Of a DNA stretch of 64,000 nucleotides, positions 1 to 13,065 are shown piece after piece. This stretch comes from Amoebidium appalachense (Eukaryota; Protista; Ichthyosporea): positions 2,398,408 to 2,462,407 of the forward strand of contig CAVNZM010000003.1 in NCBI GenBank assembly GCA_963693365.1, in the 5' to 3' direction. Positions within the stretch are counted from its first letter, which is position 1. Every line of letters starts with the position of its first letter. The notes below the pieces were generated by a model. The model had not been told where the DNA came from. It ran no database searches and worked only from the letters and a program-made list of their open reading frames with translations. Position numbers and translations under genes: made by a program.

Positions 1-1869
1 CTTATCCTCTTCCCTAAGCCGACACTGAAAAAATGCATTTTTCAAATCGAGGACACAGAACCACTTATAGCCATGAAAACTATCAAGTAATTCATCAATA
101 CGGGGAAGGGGAAAGAGATCCTTTTTAGTGACAGAGTTAAGGCCGCGTAGGTCTGTGCACATCCTGTAGGACCCGTCTGGTTTTTTAATCAAAAGTACCG
201 GTGACCGCCACTGACTTTTACTAGGCTCTAAAATCTGCATTTCTCGAAATTCACTAATCATTTGCCTACCTGACTCTAATTTCGATTGCTCCATTCGATA
301 CTGAGGCATCACCACAGGACTGGCATCACCTGTATCAATTGCCACTGTATATCCCTTCACAAAACCGTGATCTTTTGGATGCCTAAGAAATACATTTTTG
401 ACTCGATTTAACATGGGAAGAATTAAGGCACGTTGCTGATCCGTCCAACCTGGATCTACCATACCCCAGGGGAGACTCACTTCACCGGAATCACCCTCCC
501 TGTTACAGTTACTACTTGCACCTTCACCTGCACACACTCCGTCTGCTTTACCAATATCATCACTAGAAGGGCCCTTTTCTGTGGATGAGGGATTGACACC
601 TACTGCATCGGACTGATGACCAGACACCGTGGTAACCGCAGACACTGAAACACCATCAACCGTAGGCGAGCGACTTCCTGTTGGTGTTGATGTCTCGGGC
701 TGGCCACATGTTTCCGGATTACTAGGTTTATCTGAAGGTAGCTCGGGGGTGGGGATAACTATTTCTGCAACAACTGTATCGAAAGGCAGCTGCCCTTCGA
801 TATATCCCAATCGCGTGCCAGCAGGTATTACTAATTCTGAATCAAGATTTCGATTTTCTACTTCGATCATGATTGTTTTATCAGCCGCCACTTTACTATA
901 TGAAGGACTCACAAATGGAAGTAACCTAGCTGCCGGAACAAAGACACCTATATCTGCCACGACAGCAAATTTGTCTAAGTTCACCCGGACGAATGCACGA
1001 CTGTGGGGAGGTACACAAATTTCGCTGACAGTGTGTGCAGTACTTTGATACCCCTCCGTACCCGTGTGCAAACGTACACTACCACCCTTCTTCAAATGCA
1101 ACTTATTAGATTCTTCATCTAACAATTTAACATGTGCCTTTGAAAATGGACGGCCTAAAATCATACTCTGACCCATGTTTGCACAAACAGCAAACGTGAC
1201 AAATAATGTGTGGGAACCAATGGTACATGGGAGAGTGACCCGGCCCACCACATTCAACGATGCATCAGGATTGGCAGTCTTCACACCACTCACTAAGTTA
1301 TTTGAAAACATTGTAACACGTGCACCCATCTTCATTAAATTACAAATAACTTTTTCATGCACACAATTAATGTTTGCACCACCATCTAAAAGAGCATCAT
1401 GAATTTGAACATCACCCAATACCACAGGAACATATAACCGTGCTTCTGGCTGAATTAAAGATGCAAACACTTCCTGTAACACAGAAATTTCCACTTCACT
1501 ACTTTCCACACTAGTCTCTATCACCGACACAGAAATATTGGAAGGGGGGGAGGGGGGAGGGGGGTGGGAGGGGGTGGGGGAAGGGGAAAAGGGGGGGGAC
1601 GGGAGGAAGGGGGGTGGGGGTTGTGGGGAAAGGGGGGAAAGGGGGGAACGGGGGGAAGACTTAGCTTCATGCTGATTCTCAACGAGAGAGGGGGTAAATT
1701 GCACCACAGCAGTTTTAACTGACTGTTTTACGGCACCAGGCCGTGAGTGATTTATTGTCTTATTTACTTCAACAGTATCTGTATAACAAGACACGTTGAT
1801 TTCAGACATTTCACTATCACTGCACATAGCCTCAACTGCAATATACTCTACCCCACTCTCAGCGCCCCG
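1..1869 (-). CDS. pol: pol of Ty3/Gypsy element A (aspartic protease, then start of reverse transcriptase); runs off the window edge
   Basis: Manual translation is open from 1869 to base 1: protease ALLDGGANINCV; RT WRSPVLLIKKPDGSYRMCTDLRGLN...FPLPRIDELLD...LDLKNAFFQ. It is missing from the ORF track because there is no stop in the window. Confidence 0.92.
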
Positions 1870-3135
1870 TCAACGCCGACGCTCGGCCAAAATTTTAGCC
1901 GACGCCTGCTGAGCATGATCTTTCCACCTAATACCTTCGGGGGCTGAGGGAAAGGTCTTAGGCAATTTTCGGTTGGGACAATCCCGTTTCTGATGCCCTA
2001 TCCCAGTACAATGGAAACAAACTCGTTCTGAAATAGGCACGACTGGTCTCTCACTACCCTGTTGGCTACCGTGCTTGCCGTTTTTCTGATAGGGAGCCGG
2101 GCGACGGGGTTGACGGTCATTTTTGGCCTTACCACCGGCAGCCTGGAAGGCAGCCACCTGAGCCGATAAGCTAGCTATCTGAGCCTGCAGGGCAGCAATC
2201 TCCGGAGCACCAATACCACTACCGTTGTTACCTGGGGTGGAAACACTATTGACCTGCGCTTTCTTGGCCGCCTGCCGACTAGCGAAACGACCCTCGAGCT
2301 TGTTAATAATTTTCGACTGAGCCTCATCAAGCTTGCTATTTGCCTGAGCTATTTCCCACAACTGCGCATCGGCCTCAAACGTATTCCTGTATAAACTACG
2401 TTGCATTTGACCGCTGACGTCGGTGTTCAAACCAGCTAACTCCAGCAGAAGGCGAAACGTGTTGGTGTGTGCCGTCACTTGGCCACCAATACTGGCAGCC
2501 GTGGCATCCGACGTGGGAGTGAAACGGAGGGCCCGGATCTGTGTCTCATATGATTCACGCCGAATGTTGGTCAGCCAGTAGTTCTCGATGAAACGCAGCA
2601 GCCACTCAGACGCCGTCAATTCGACTTCGACCTGCAGAATCTCACCCTTGCCCTTGTGCATAGGGCGAGTCGTCTTCAGTGGTGTCCGAGAGGCCAGGTG
2701 AAGAAGAGAATCCTCCGAGCGCACCTCGCCGTCAATGCCGAGGGCACGAACCGGCACCGTCTTGTTGTCGTTTTCAGGATCCATGTAGTCGTCAAGGAGG
2801 GTAGCCATCTCCAACACACGAGGATCACCACTTGCCCGGTTCACACTCTGCAGAATCATAACTTGCCACTGGGCCAGGGGAGTGTCGGGGGACAGCTTGG
2901 CGATGCGATCGATGAGACGGTACCATTCAAACACGTTATCAGCCTTGGAGAGCTGAGGAATCTTAAGCTTCTCCATCATAGCCGCAGCCGCAGCACACAC
3001 TTCAGGAACCTGAAAAGCCTTGGCCGCAGGGGCGTCGTAGAACACTTCATCCATCACAATGGGATCTTGCCACTCCATCAAACTGGGGGGCAGAGCGTCG
3101 AGAAACTCCGGGTCTATTTCATCCTGCGGGTCCAT
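1870..3135 (-). CDS. gag: Gag of Ty3/Gypsy element A (421 aa, CCHC zinc knuckle)
   Basis: Intact ORF 13 nt downstream of an LTR; CFHCTGIGHQKRDC knuckle; followed in the same frame by pol. Confidence 0.9.
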   Translation of the reverse strand: MDPQDEIDPEFLDALPPSLMEWQDPIVMDEVFYDAPAAKAFQVPEVCAAAAAMMEKLKIPQLSKADNVFEWYRLIDRIAKLSPDTPLAQWQVMILQSVNRASGDPRVLEMATLLDDYMDPENDNKTVPVRALGIDGEVRSEDSLLHLASRTPLKTTRPMHKGKGEILQVEVELTASEWLLRFIENYWLTNIRRESYETQIRALRFTPTSDATAASIGGQVTAHTNTFRLLLELAGLNTDVSGQMQRSLYRNTFEADAQLWEIAQANSKLDEAQSKIINKLEGRFASRQAAKKAQVNSVSTPGNNGSGIGAPEIAALQAQIASLSAQVAAFQAAGGKAKNDRQPRRPAPYQKNGKHGSQQGSERPVVPISERVCFHCTGIGHQKRDCPNRKLPKTFPSAPEGIRWKDHAQQASAKILAERRR

Positions 3136-3148
3136 AACTTGGCCGCGC

Positions 3149-3858
3149 TGTCGTATCCTAATTATGTGTACTAGAGACGCGGCACTCTACTAAGTGTACA
3201 CACACGAAAAGGAACGAAGACGTGTATAGAAAAACGGTAAAGTTTTTAAGACCAGGCTCCCGCGGGCAAACTTAGATCCGTACGGATTAAGTCTAAGTTA
3301 CGACTGAGGCCATCAAGGCTGTGCCCTACAAGATCATCATCACCTGGCCCCCTACGATGCCACATTCCATTAACATTCCGATCTACTTTTATCGTGGTGC
3401 GCCTGCACGAGCTAAGTCGATCTCCTCAACTAATATATTTATCCAATCTCTCCCCCACCCCCCCCCCCCTAGTAGCACCGCAGTCTAAATCTACATTTCA
3501 TACTATCCTCCCCCCCCCCCCCCCCCCTTTCCTCTACATCTACATATATAAATACGTTTGGCAACATATACTATCAAACCTTGCCAATCCTTACAAAAGG
3601 GCTTCTGCCCGAACAATCACATTCCTAAGTCCTCCTACGATCTATCCTACACACTAATTAGAATTCTATTGGACGGCTGTCCCGGCTGACGTGGTCCAAT
3701 GCCCTGCGCCGGCAGAGGCAAGATGCACGCAGCTGTTCAGCTATCTTGAGGCCCCGGACTTGATCTTGATGATCTGTGGACCCGGGCCACCCCCCCCCCC
3801 CCCCCCCCTCTCGATCGTAGACTTAGGCTAATCTGCTGAGACGGATTAGTATATGTCA
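3149..3858 (-). repeat. LTR (family 1), shared between a B-type interior upstream and the A-type interior downstream
   Basis: On the minus strand it reads TGACATATAC...GGATACGACA and is homologous over its length to the LTRs at 15521 and 37856. It is preceded by the same PPT/3' UTR as element B. Confidence 0.93.
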
Positions 3859-6800
3859 ACTCCCCCCGGCCCCCCGGAAAAGCTGGAGCCCACCTCAGTC
3901 ACATTACATCTAACACCCCCCAAAAAAGACATAGACTAATCAGCTCCCTAAAAAAAAAAATTAAATGAATGACGAAGAAAAATAATAAATTAATCTACAC
4001 CATAAGCTTGATACCTACGGAGACACCAGACACCTATGATAATAAAATACCTACGACTACGTTCACACTCCCCCCTCGGTCTCCTCCCCCCCCCCCCTCC
4101 CCCCGTGTGTCTACGTGTATTTGCATCACCCCCCCCCCCCCCCCCCGCCCCCTCCCCCACGAGACTTATTTCACTCACCATTAAACTGAGGAGTCCCAGG
4201 GCACTCCCACTCCCTGCACTAATCAAGCCTCATAAGCACGAATAGAAAACGGGCAATCCAAATGAAACTCAGGCAACCACTGATCTTCCTGATAACCCCC
4301 TCAAAACGAATTAAATAATAATTTACCTTACCTTCCTTACCTTCGAATAACCTTTTTATCCTCCTAATTTTCCCCCTCTCCGATACATCCACCGCCCCGT
4401 CAAGTCGGGGGTGAATGCATCTAACACGCCCGCCGGCCCCCCGGCGGCCCCCTATCTATTCCTTTATATCATCTACATTATAAAATTTAACATCACTCTC
4501 ATTATCTAACCTCTGCACCTTATATTCCCTCGGACCTACCCTAGCCACTATTTTATACGGGCCAATGAAAAGAGGCAACCATTTCTTACCATACTTACGA
4601 AGACCTTCACCTTCACCCTTACCTTCCTGCCCCTGCTTATATCTCTTTTTCCTAGTATGATCCCTAATTAAAACTAAAAGTACCCTCGGCAAATTCACGT
4701 AACGGACGTGTGGACACGTCTGCACGTGTCTGTGCCTGCTGTGTGACCGCTCCAGCGGCTGCATCCGTGCACCCGGGCCCGGGTTAGTAGCTGCCCCCGG
4801 AACTCAGTCCAGTGGGGATAAGTTAGCCGGTCAGCCCCCCCGCAACGGTGCCGAAAGTCGAACAAACTAATAGCCTCCTGCCCAGAACCAAACAAAACGG
4901 AGAAAAACCAGTCACAGCATGAGGGGTAGAATTATATGAATGAGGGCATATAAACCTAGACATATGATCCCAATCATTAGCCTCCCCATACCATTTACCA
5001 AATGTGGGGGATGTAGTGAATACACACCTCCACAAACACACACACCACCCTAAACAACAACACCAAACCGTTAACAAAACACGAGGACACCACAAAACTA
5101 AGACAAACCACAAAAATACGAGCAAACAAAATAACCGTAGAATAAAAGGACGACCACATCCAGGCAATGTACACAGTACATAAAGAACTACACACAAAGA
5201 ATCTCACATAAATAATATGCTATAAAAATTATCTCCACTATAAATAATCCCTAAAAACACCCATAACACCTAAACGAAGTGAACCAATAAGATGTTTGCA
5301 TAACTAGGACGAAGGTGTGACTGGCTTGGACCGCACCGAGGGCATGGCACCCGCGCGGGCCGCGGATGAAGAATCCGGCCGCGGAGGCCCCCTACCGTAT
5401 ACACACATTACCCCAAGATAAGACACCTGCAAAGAATATATAGCACCGACAAGTTTAACCACCCACACAGGGAAAGAATTAAAAGAAAGAAAAACACAAC
5501 AAAAAAAAGAAAACAAAACACAACGACACAACAAAAACAGAACAACACAAATAAAGAATTGCAACAAAGGAATGAACCAACGAAAAACGAACCATCACGA
5601 ATACGCAATGAAATAAAGAATTAACGACAAGCGAATGCAAAAAGGAAAAACGAATGAACAAAACAAAAAAAAACAAAGTAACGAAGTTATCAAACAACAA
5701 AAAATACGAAAAAGAAAGCAAAATGAAATGGAAATAAGAAAATGAAAGAACGAATGCACAACACTGCTTGGGTTGCAATGCACACAGTCCCCATCGTGTC
5801 CCGTGCCACCGCATCCACCTCCACACTCCACGCCAGATACCGGGAGGACATAAGGTGACAGTATTTTGCATGCATGCTTCGAATTTCTTCTGTTTTCTCC
5901 CCCCCCGCCCCCACACCCATAACCTCATACCATGGCGGCCCTTCCTGGTGCCACGCCCTAACGAATTTGACTCTTGGTGCACAAAAGGCATGTAATAAAG
6001 TCGATGCAGAACTTTTGTTCATGCATGTGAAAAACAAAGAAGGTGTTGGGTACAAATTTTAAGGTGAATGCCCGTCTGGCATACGTTCAGCACCCCCACC
6101 CCCACCACCGATCCCTCACACCCCGCGGGGGGGGGGGGGGCCAGTTTTCCCTTCAATGATGACACGTAACAATTTAGCACGTGCATACCCCACCAACACT
6201 GCGGGAGACAACCCCCCAGCCTTATCGGGCATAACAACCCCCGAAGACCACGAACACGAACCACACCCCCCCAGCAGACTTACTGTAAGAAAGTAGGTAG
6301 AAGAGTAAAACCCAAAACACGAACAACGAAAGAACCTACAGTAGGCCACCTACAAATGAAGCAGAGGATGGGGCACCACCAGACCTGCCGGGATGAAAAA
6401 GACACAAGCAAAGAGGAGGCTGCACCCCCGCAACGAAAAAGAAGGGAAAAGTGTTTTGTTCCCGCCGCCACCCAAAAAAACCACAGACCGAACTCCCCTA
6501 CCCAAAAAAGAAAAACCAAAACAAAAAAATACACCCAAAACCAGGCAAACAAGCAACCCCCGGAGCCCAGAAGAAACATCAACAGACACACAGTCTATTC
6601 CTTCTCACCCTCCCCCTCCCTCCCCCCTCCCCCCCCCCCCCCCCCTCCCCTCCAAACCCCCCCGCCCCGCATAACAAAGAAGCACCATACTTCATATATA
6701 AAACTTAACCACACCACTACATCCCAAATACCACCTTAATAAAAACACACCAACCAAGGGTGGATACCCAGCATCCCCCTCCTTCATCCCAAACGGCAAT

Positions 6801-7435
6801 ACTAACTCCGGGTTACCCCCATCCCAAGTGGATGCACCCTATCCCCCGGGCCCCTTACTTCCTTACCCCCCCCCCCCGGGGAGGGGGGGGGACCCCGTAA
6901 GCACCCACCCACCCCCCTCCCCCCCCCACCCCAATGGGCCCCGGGCCATTACTAATAGTGGCTGTGTGGGGGGGGGGGGTGGCCACCCTCCCCCCACGCT
7001 CACCCCACCACCTCCCCCCCCCCTGCCTGCACATTCTCACACCCGGGGTGACCCTCCTTCCTCTTGGGGGTCGGGGGGGGGGACCGGGGCCGGCCCGGCC
7101 CCCCCCCCCCTCGTGGGGGGCCACTTTGTGGGGAAAACCCCCCCCTCCTCCACACCCTCCGAGCCGGCATCCTCCTTTGGGTAAAAGAGGACCTCAACAC
7201 CCGCCGAACCCCCCCAACTCACTCCTTCTCGTTCTCTTTCCGTTTATGCCCTACCCTACTAGCCACACCTCTGTAATGGGGTGTGGAGCCCCTAAATCCC
7301 CTATCCTAACACCCGACCCCCCCCCCTCCGTCACCCACCCCCCACCCACACACACCCCCCCCAAACCAAGCCACCACCCACACACCACCCTCCCCACCCC
7401 CCACGGACTCACACCCTCGCCTACCCCCCCCCCTT

Positions 7436-7484
<49 letters not shown>

Positions 7485-7486
7485 CA

Positions 7487-7528
<42 letters not shown>

Positions 7529-7621
7529 CCCCCCCCCCCCCTCCCCCTCCCCCCCCCCCCCCCCCCCCCCCCGCCCCCCCCCCCCCCGTTCCCCCCCTCC
7601 CCCCCCCCCCCCCCCCCCCCC

Positions 7622-7655
<34 letters not shown>

Positions 7656-7706
7656 ATCTCGATCGTAGACTTAGGCTAATCTGCTGAGACGGATTAGTAT
7701 ATGTCA
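3859..7706 (-). mobile_element. Degenerate, deletion-riddled copy of chromovirus B interior with a 5' LTR stub (~7655-7706)
   Basis: Matches element B: chromodomain/3' UTR (3859-4500), integrase end RDHTRKKRYKQ...WLPLFIGPYKIV (4456-4764), and protease-RT linker KRKEGHPGCENVQAGGE (7000-7200). LTR start TGACATATACTAATCC at 7706. Confidence 0.85.
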
Positions 7707-8284
7707 CGCGCCACTGGGTGAACTTGCCGACGGTGACATCCTTGAGCTTGCCGAGGGGGCCAAAAACAAGAGCTTGGGCGAAGGTTGCACTCAGCCCCGC
7801 GACCGGCGAAAAGGGGGGTTCCGGCTCCATGTTGGGGGCGAAAGCAACAGCCGAGACGGAAGTTTTGCAATATAGCAATTGGATTGGTGTAGCTTGTAAA
7901 GTATCCTCACGGACACTTCAGTGTAAAATGTATGTGTATAAGTGTAAACGGGGTTCACTCTGAACTGGATTTCAGAAGATCGATGCGTGCGTTTATATAC
8001 GGATGGTCGACCCGGACAAGATTACTTGACCAATCACACAACTCCCTAGCCGACCAATCATATTACAGATTAGTACAGGGCTAGTAATTACTGTGTGTGA
8101 CTACTTGGTCTCTTGCCGGTTCTAACACTCATATATAATCTTTACTGCTGCATGACTTATGACTTACACAGCCCCGAAATATACTCCAAATAAACAGGTC
8201 CCAGTACTTTTCCTGTTTGTGACTTTGGTTACCAGTTACCTTTCGGAGTGCTGTCTCTCTCACATGTGTAACTGCAGGTTTACA
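7707..8284 (-). mobile_element. 5' end of a third LTR retrotransposon: LTR 7895-8284, PBS-like AGCTACACC, putative gag start at 7830 interrupted at 7706
   Basis: 390-bp segment with TGTAAA...TTTACA termini, followed by the same 9-mer that follows the 5' LTR of element B. ORF MEPEPPFSPVAGLSATFAQ... is cut by the family-1 LTR. Confidence 0.65.
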
Positions 8285-9471
8285 ACGACCACTCATTGCA
8301 GCTGGACTTTACCGGGATACCCTCGACATGACTGGTCGAATATGAGACTCCCCAATCACTCACAACCTGCTTGTTAGTTATTCGTTCTCTATGGCCGCAG
8401 CATTTACGTGTTCCAATCAACACAGAAGAGGCCATAAGTGTCCACTCACGCGAGTCTCACCGTAGTTCGTTTCCAAGTAACCGAACATATGTAATTGTAT
8501 TCGATCATCCAATTGGAAAAGCAGATATCACATTTATGATTGGCTCATTCGTCAGCAAACGCCGACATCTGACTGGATGAGCCGGCACCGACGAAATGTA
8601 AACAAAGCAAATAGATCTGAATAGATCTGAATCGATCGATTGACACGAATGCTCGCCGCGGAGACATAACAGCGTCCCTCTTATTTTTACGAAGCAAAGC
8701 AGTGTGGGTGTGGGTGTGTGTGTTTTTTTTTTTTTTGTTTTTTTGTTTTTTTTGGGGGGGAGGGGGGGGGGGGGGAGGGGGGGGGGGTAGTGACACACCG
8801 GTCCAGAGGGCTCTGCGCTTAGGTCCTCCACACGAAGGGACAGCACCTCGTCCGCACGCAGCATAAGGTGAAACGTAACGAGGTAGAGAGCCTGTGGGGT
8901 GATGGAGCATGATTAAACAGCAAAAGGCATGATAGATGGCATGCACATAAAGGGTGAACGGGAACAGTCTTACTAAGTAGTGATGCATGGCCGGGTGATT
9001 TCAATGTGGCAGACATGTCTAGGTATTGGTCAAGGGATCGAGGGCAAGGCAAAGGTAGCTCTAACCAAGTCACCATGAAAACACAAAGAGAAGGCCATTC
9101 AATGGGAAAGCCTGCCTGGGCCGCCGGGGGGGGGGGGGGGGGGGGGGGATAAGACGGGCAAAGGAGAGGGGACGGGGAGAGGAGAGGGGGTAGGGGATGC
9201 ACACCAACATCATCAGTGAGAAGTCGTTGATAGCAGAGTCACCGTACAAGTACTTTGCCCACGTGTAGAGAACAGACTCTCGCATAGGTTTACCTGTGGT
9301 CATCAATAGTAAGTAAGAGGGCAACAAAATGGAGAATAAAAGGTGTGTGCACGAGTTGTGTGCGCGGGGGTGTGTGTGTGTGAGTGTGTGTGTGAGTGCG
9401 TGAGTGAGTGAGTGAGTGAGTGAGTGAGTGAGTGAGTGAGTGAGTGAGTGAGTGAGTGAGTGAGTGAGTGT

Positions 9472-9513
<42 letters not shown>

Positions 9514-9546
9514 CAGTGTGTGTGTGTGTGTGTGTGTGTGTCCCTG

Positions 9547-9591
<45 letters not shown>

Positions 9592-10119
9592 ATGTGTGTG
9601 TGTGTGTGTGTGTGCCCCTGTGTCTGTGTCTGTGTGTGTCTCTGTGTGTGTGTGTGTGTGTGCGCGCGCGCGCGGGCGTGTGTGCATTTGGGGGGGGGGG
9701 GGGGGGGGGTGCGCGTGCGCGTGTGTGTCTCTTGTGTGGGTGTGCGTGTGTGTGCCGAATTCACACAATAACGATTCAAACATCAGGCAGCCATGTACCT
9801 TGTTTGATGGTGACACCAGCCTTCACCTTGCGCCGGAGCAGGGATCTCATAAACATGGTCACCTGCATTACGTGGTTATTGATTAGCAGCTGGGTACCGT
9901 GCTTCATTAAAAGTGCAGAAAGAGTGCTAGAGCTCTAAATGAAGAAAGGACGAACTTGCATAAAGCAGCTAAAACTAAGCATGGCAAATGCATTAACAAG
10001 CACATTGATGTGACAGGGTTGGTAGATAGGATATGATGTGCTTGGGGGTTTTTTATTTTTAATTTTTTCCCCGGGGGGGGGGGGGGGGGGGGGGGGGGGA
10101 GAAGAGGGGTTTCAGGATG

Positions 10120-10227
<108 letters not shown>

Positions 10228-10296
10228 TTATGTATATATATATCTTTATTTTTTTGGGGGGGGGGTGGGGGGGGGGTGGGGGGTGGGGGGGGTGGG

Positions 10297-10904
10297 TGTC
10301 GTAGCTACAAACAGAGTGTATACAAACTACTCTAACTATCTGCACGCTTAAAGGGGCTCGAAACTGTGTATACGTATAAACTTTTCTTTGAGTTGGGTGG
10401 GAAGCGAGTTTTTTTGTGTTCTTAGAAGAACTTCCAAAAGCCCGCGACCCCGCGAGACACTTCACAGACACGCGGCCCACTGGCCAGACAAATACCACAG
10501 TGACATTCAGCCAATCACAACACTCCCTCCCCCACAGACTACACGCACTCCACACCATTGGCTACCGCGACCTCAGACACCCCTACAGCACTACAACACG
10601 TACACACGTTTACTCACAATACATATAAGCATACACACACGCGAGCAAGCAACATGGGTCTCGCCACGCACACAGCAAGAAGCAATACAACATTTAACAT
10701 GGAGAGTACGCAGAGGCATTGTGCATGCACGCGCGCACCTTTAACAATCAGCCGCCGCCGCATCAGGTTCTCCCCATACCACTGATTAATCTCCTCATAC
10801 CCCACTTAGACCCCGGCATCACTATGCAAGAAAACCCCCGAAAGTCACTCACCAAAACACAAAATATAGAAGCAAACTAATACGAATCAGCTCAGCACAT
10901 GACA
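10297..10904 (-). mobile_element. Solo LTR (family 2) in a recombinase intron
   Basis: TGTCGT...ATGACA termini; perfect 5-bp TSD GTGGG; homologous to 13066-13673. Confidence 0.85.
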
Positions 10905-11129
10905 GTGGGGGGGGGGGGGGTGGGGGGGGTGGGAATTCACCTCTCTGCTGAGTGAAGGATTTCCCGTGCGGGTACCATTGGGGCCATTCTTCTGCCATGC
11001 ACCATACTGGCCTCTCTCCGTGGCATACATGAATGCCACAGCAGCACGAATCTTTGCAGCTGTGGAGAACTGCAAAGGCAATGTATGAACATTAGAAACC
11101 CAACTGAAAACTGAAAATGCTCACCCCAC

Positions 11130-11160
<31 letters not shown>

Positions 11161-11947
11161 TGCCAAACCAAAAAAAAAAAATAGGGTGTTCACTGGTTCA
11201 CACAACTTCTCATGTCTCCCCTCCCACATCCACAATCTCTTTAGGACTTTGATCCTCTCACTCTTTCCCCCGGCAATCAACTGAAGAACAGTGGGGGGTA
11301 AAACGAGGAGAGAAAGAGGAGAATCACCGAGAGGGGTGAAATTATGGAGAGAATGAGAGGGTATGAGTGTGGCAGGGGAAAGGGGAAGGGGGTGGGGTGG
11401 GTGGGTGGGTGGGTGGGGGGGGTGGGGGCGGGGGGTGACTGAGTACACTAGCACAAACGGGATTATAAACCAAGACATACCGATAAGTTTTCGCACTCAC
11501 TGGGGAGCACATCACACTTGAGGTGAATGAAGGCGGCAATCTGCCTGCCAGCCACTTCATCCATGGTCAGTGGGTCGAGACCGTTTGTGCTGCAGAACTC
11601 CTTGTAGCGGCCCATCCATCTGCATGTTGTGATAAGTTGGTCAGAACAGGTCTTCCGGCCCATGCTTGATTCTCCCCCCCCCCCCCCCCCCCTCTCCCCT
11701 CCCAAAAAAAGGGGGAAAAAAAGCAGTCACAAGCAGAAATACACAGGCACAGAACACACTCACATAATGTATAGTAGTACGAGTCACAGTTTGTAGACAT
11801 GGGAGCATGTAGAAAACAAGAAGAAGGGCTCGGAAGGAGAAAAAAAAGGTGGTAGAGGTTAGAAGAGAGGCAATACTTGGCCTCGAGGTAAGAATTGAGA
11901 CGTGAGCGAGAGAATGAAAGATAGCCGGGGGGAGGAGGGGGATCCGG

Positions 11948-11994
<47 letters not shown>

Positions 11995-12246
11995 CTCACC
12001 TCTTGTGATCTTTCAGAGTTGCCGGTGTGATTGAGTCCTTAGCCGTCAGATCATCCACCAGCGAGAACAAGGCCTCGTTGTTTTCCTCCTTGTCATTGGC
12101 AGTCTGGAGGGCGGCATCGTCAACACCACCGCCACCCTCATAACCAGAGTCATTGGCCAAAAGTTCCTCACCTCGTTTAATGCCAACTGGCACAATTTCG
12201 ATTAGAATACGCGAGAAAGAAGCTTATGCAGGAAAGTAAGATTAAG

Positions 12247-12283
<37 letters not shown>

Positions 12284-12419
12284 ACCCACCCACCCACGCA
12301 CACCCCACACACACTTTGGCACACAAAAAGACCGGCACACACACACACACCGGCACTCAGACAGACACAAATACACTGGCATGCGTGCGCGCACATGCAC
12401 GCGCGTGCGCGCACGCACG

Positions 12420-12556
<137 letters not shown>

Positions 12557-12625
12557 ATACCCACACCCTCCCCTTCCCCGTCCCCCCTCCCTCCACACAC
12601 ACAAACACAAAGGCACACACAACTT

Positions 12626-12708
<83 letters not shown>

Positions 12709-12812
12709 ACCCACACCCACACCCACACCCACACACACACCCACACCCGTACCCGTACCCACACCCACCCCCTCGCCCACCCCCTCCCCCCTCCGCACAC
12801 ACAAACACAAAG

Positions 12813-12946
<134 letters not shown>

Positions 12947-13065
12947 ACCTACCCTCAGCCGAGGCAGTGGCAAGGTCTAGGTCCATCCTTAGTGTTTCCT
13001 CTAACGACTCAGTGTCGGCATCCACACCGAAAGAAGCCTTCTTTGCCTCATCAGCTAGTGATTCA

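Noticed and set aside
4900-7650. Biologically meaningful hypermutation of the decayed B copy
   Set aside because: Dense small deletions and A/C-biased garbling next to long homopolymers look like low-quality consensus; this cannot be interpreted without reads.
11194-11280. TGA recoding or methylation-driven CGA>TGA decay, suggested by in-frame TGAs here and at 23591
   Set aside because: The exon frame is uncertain and there are too few cases; truA and the transposase end in TGA as a normal stop.
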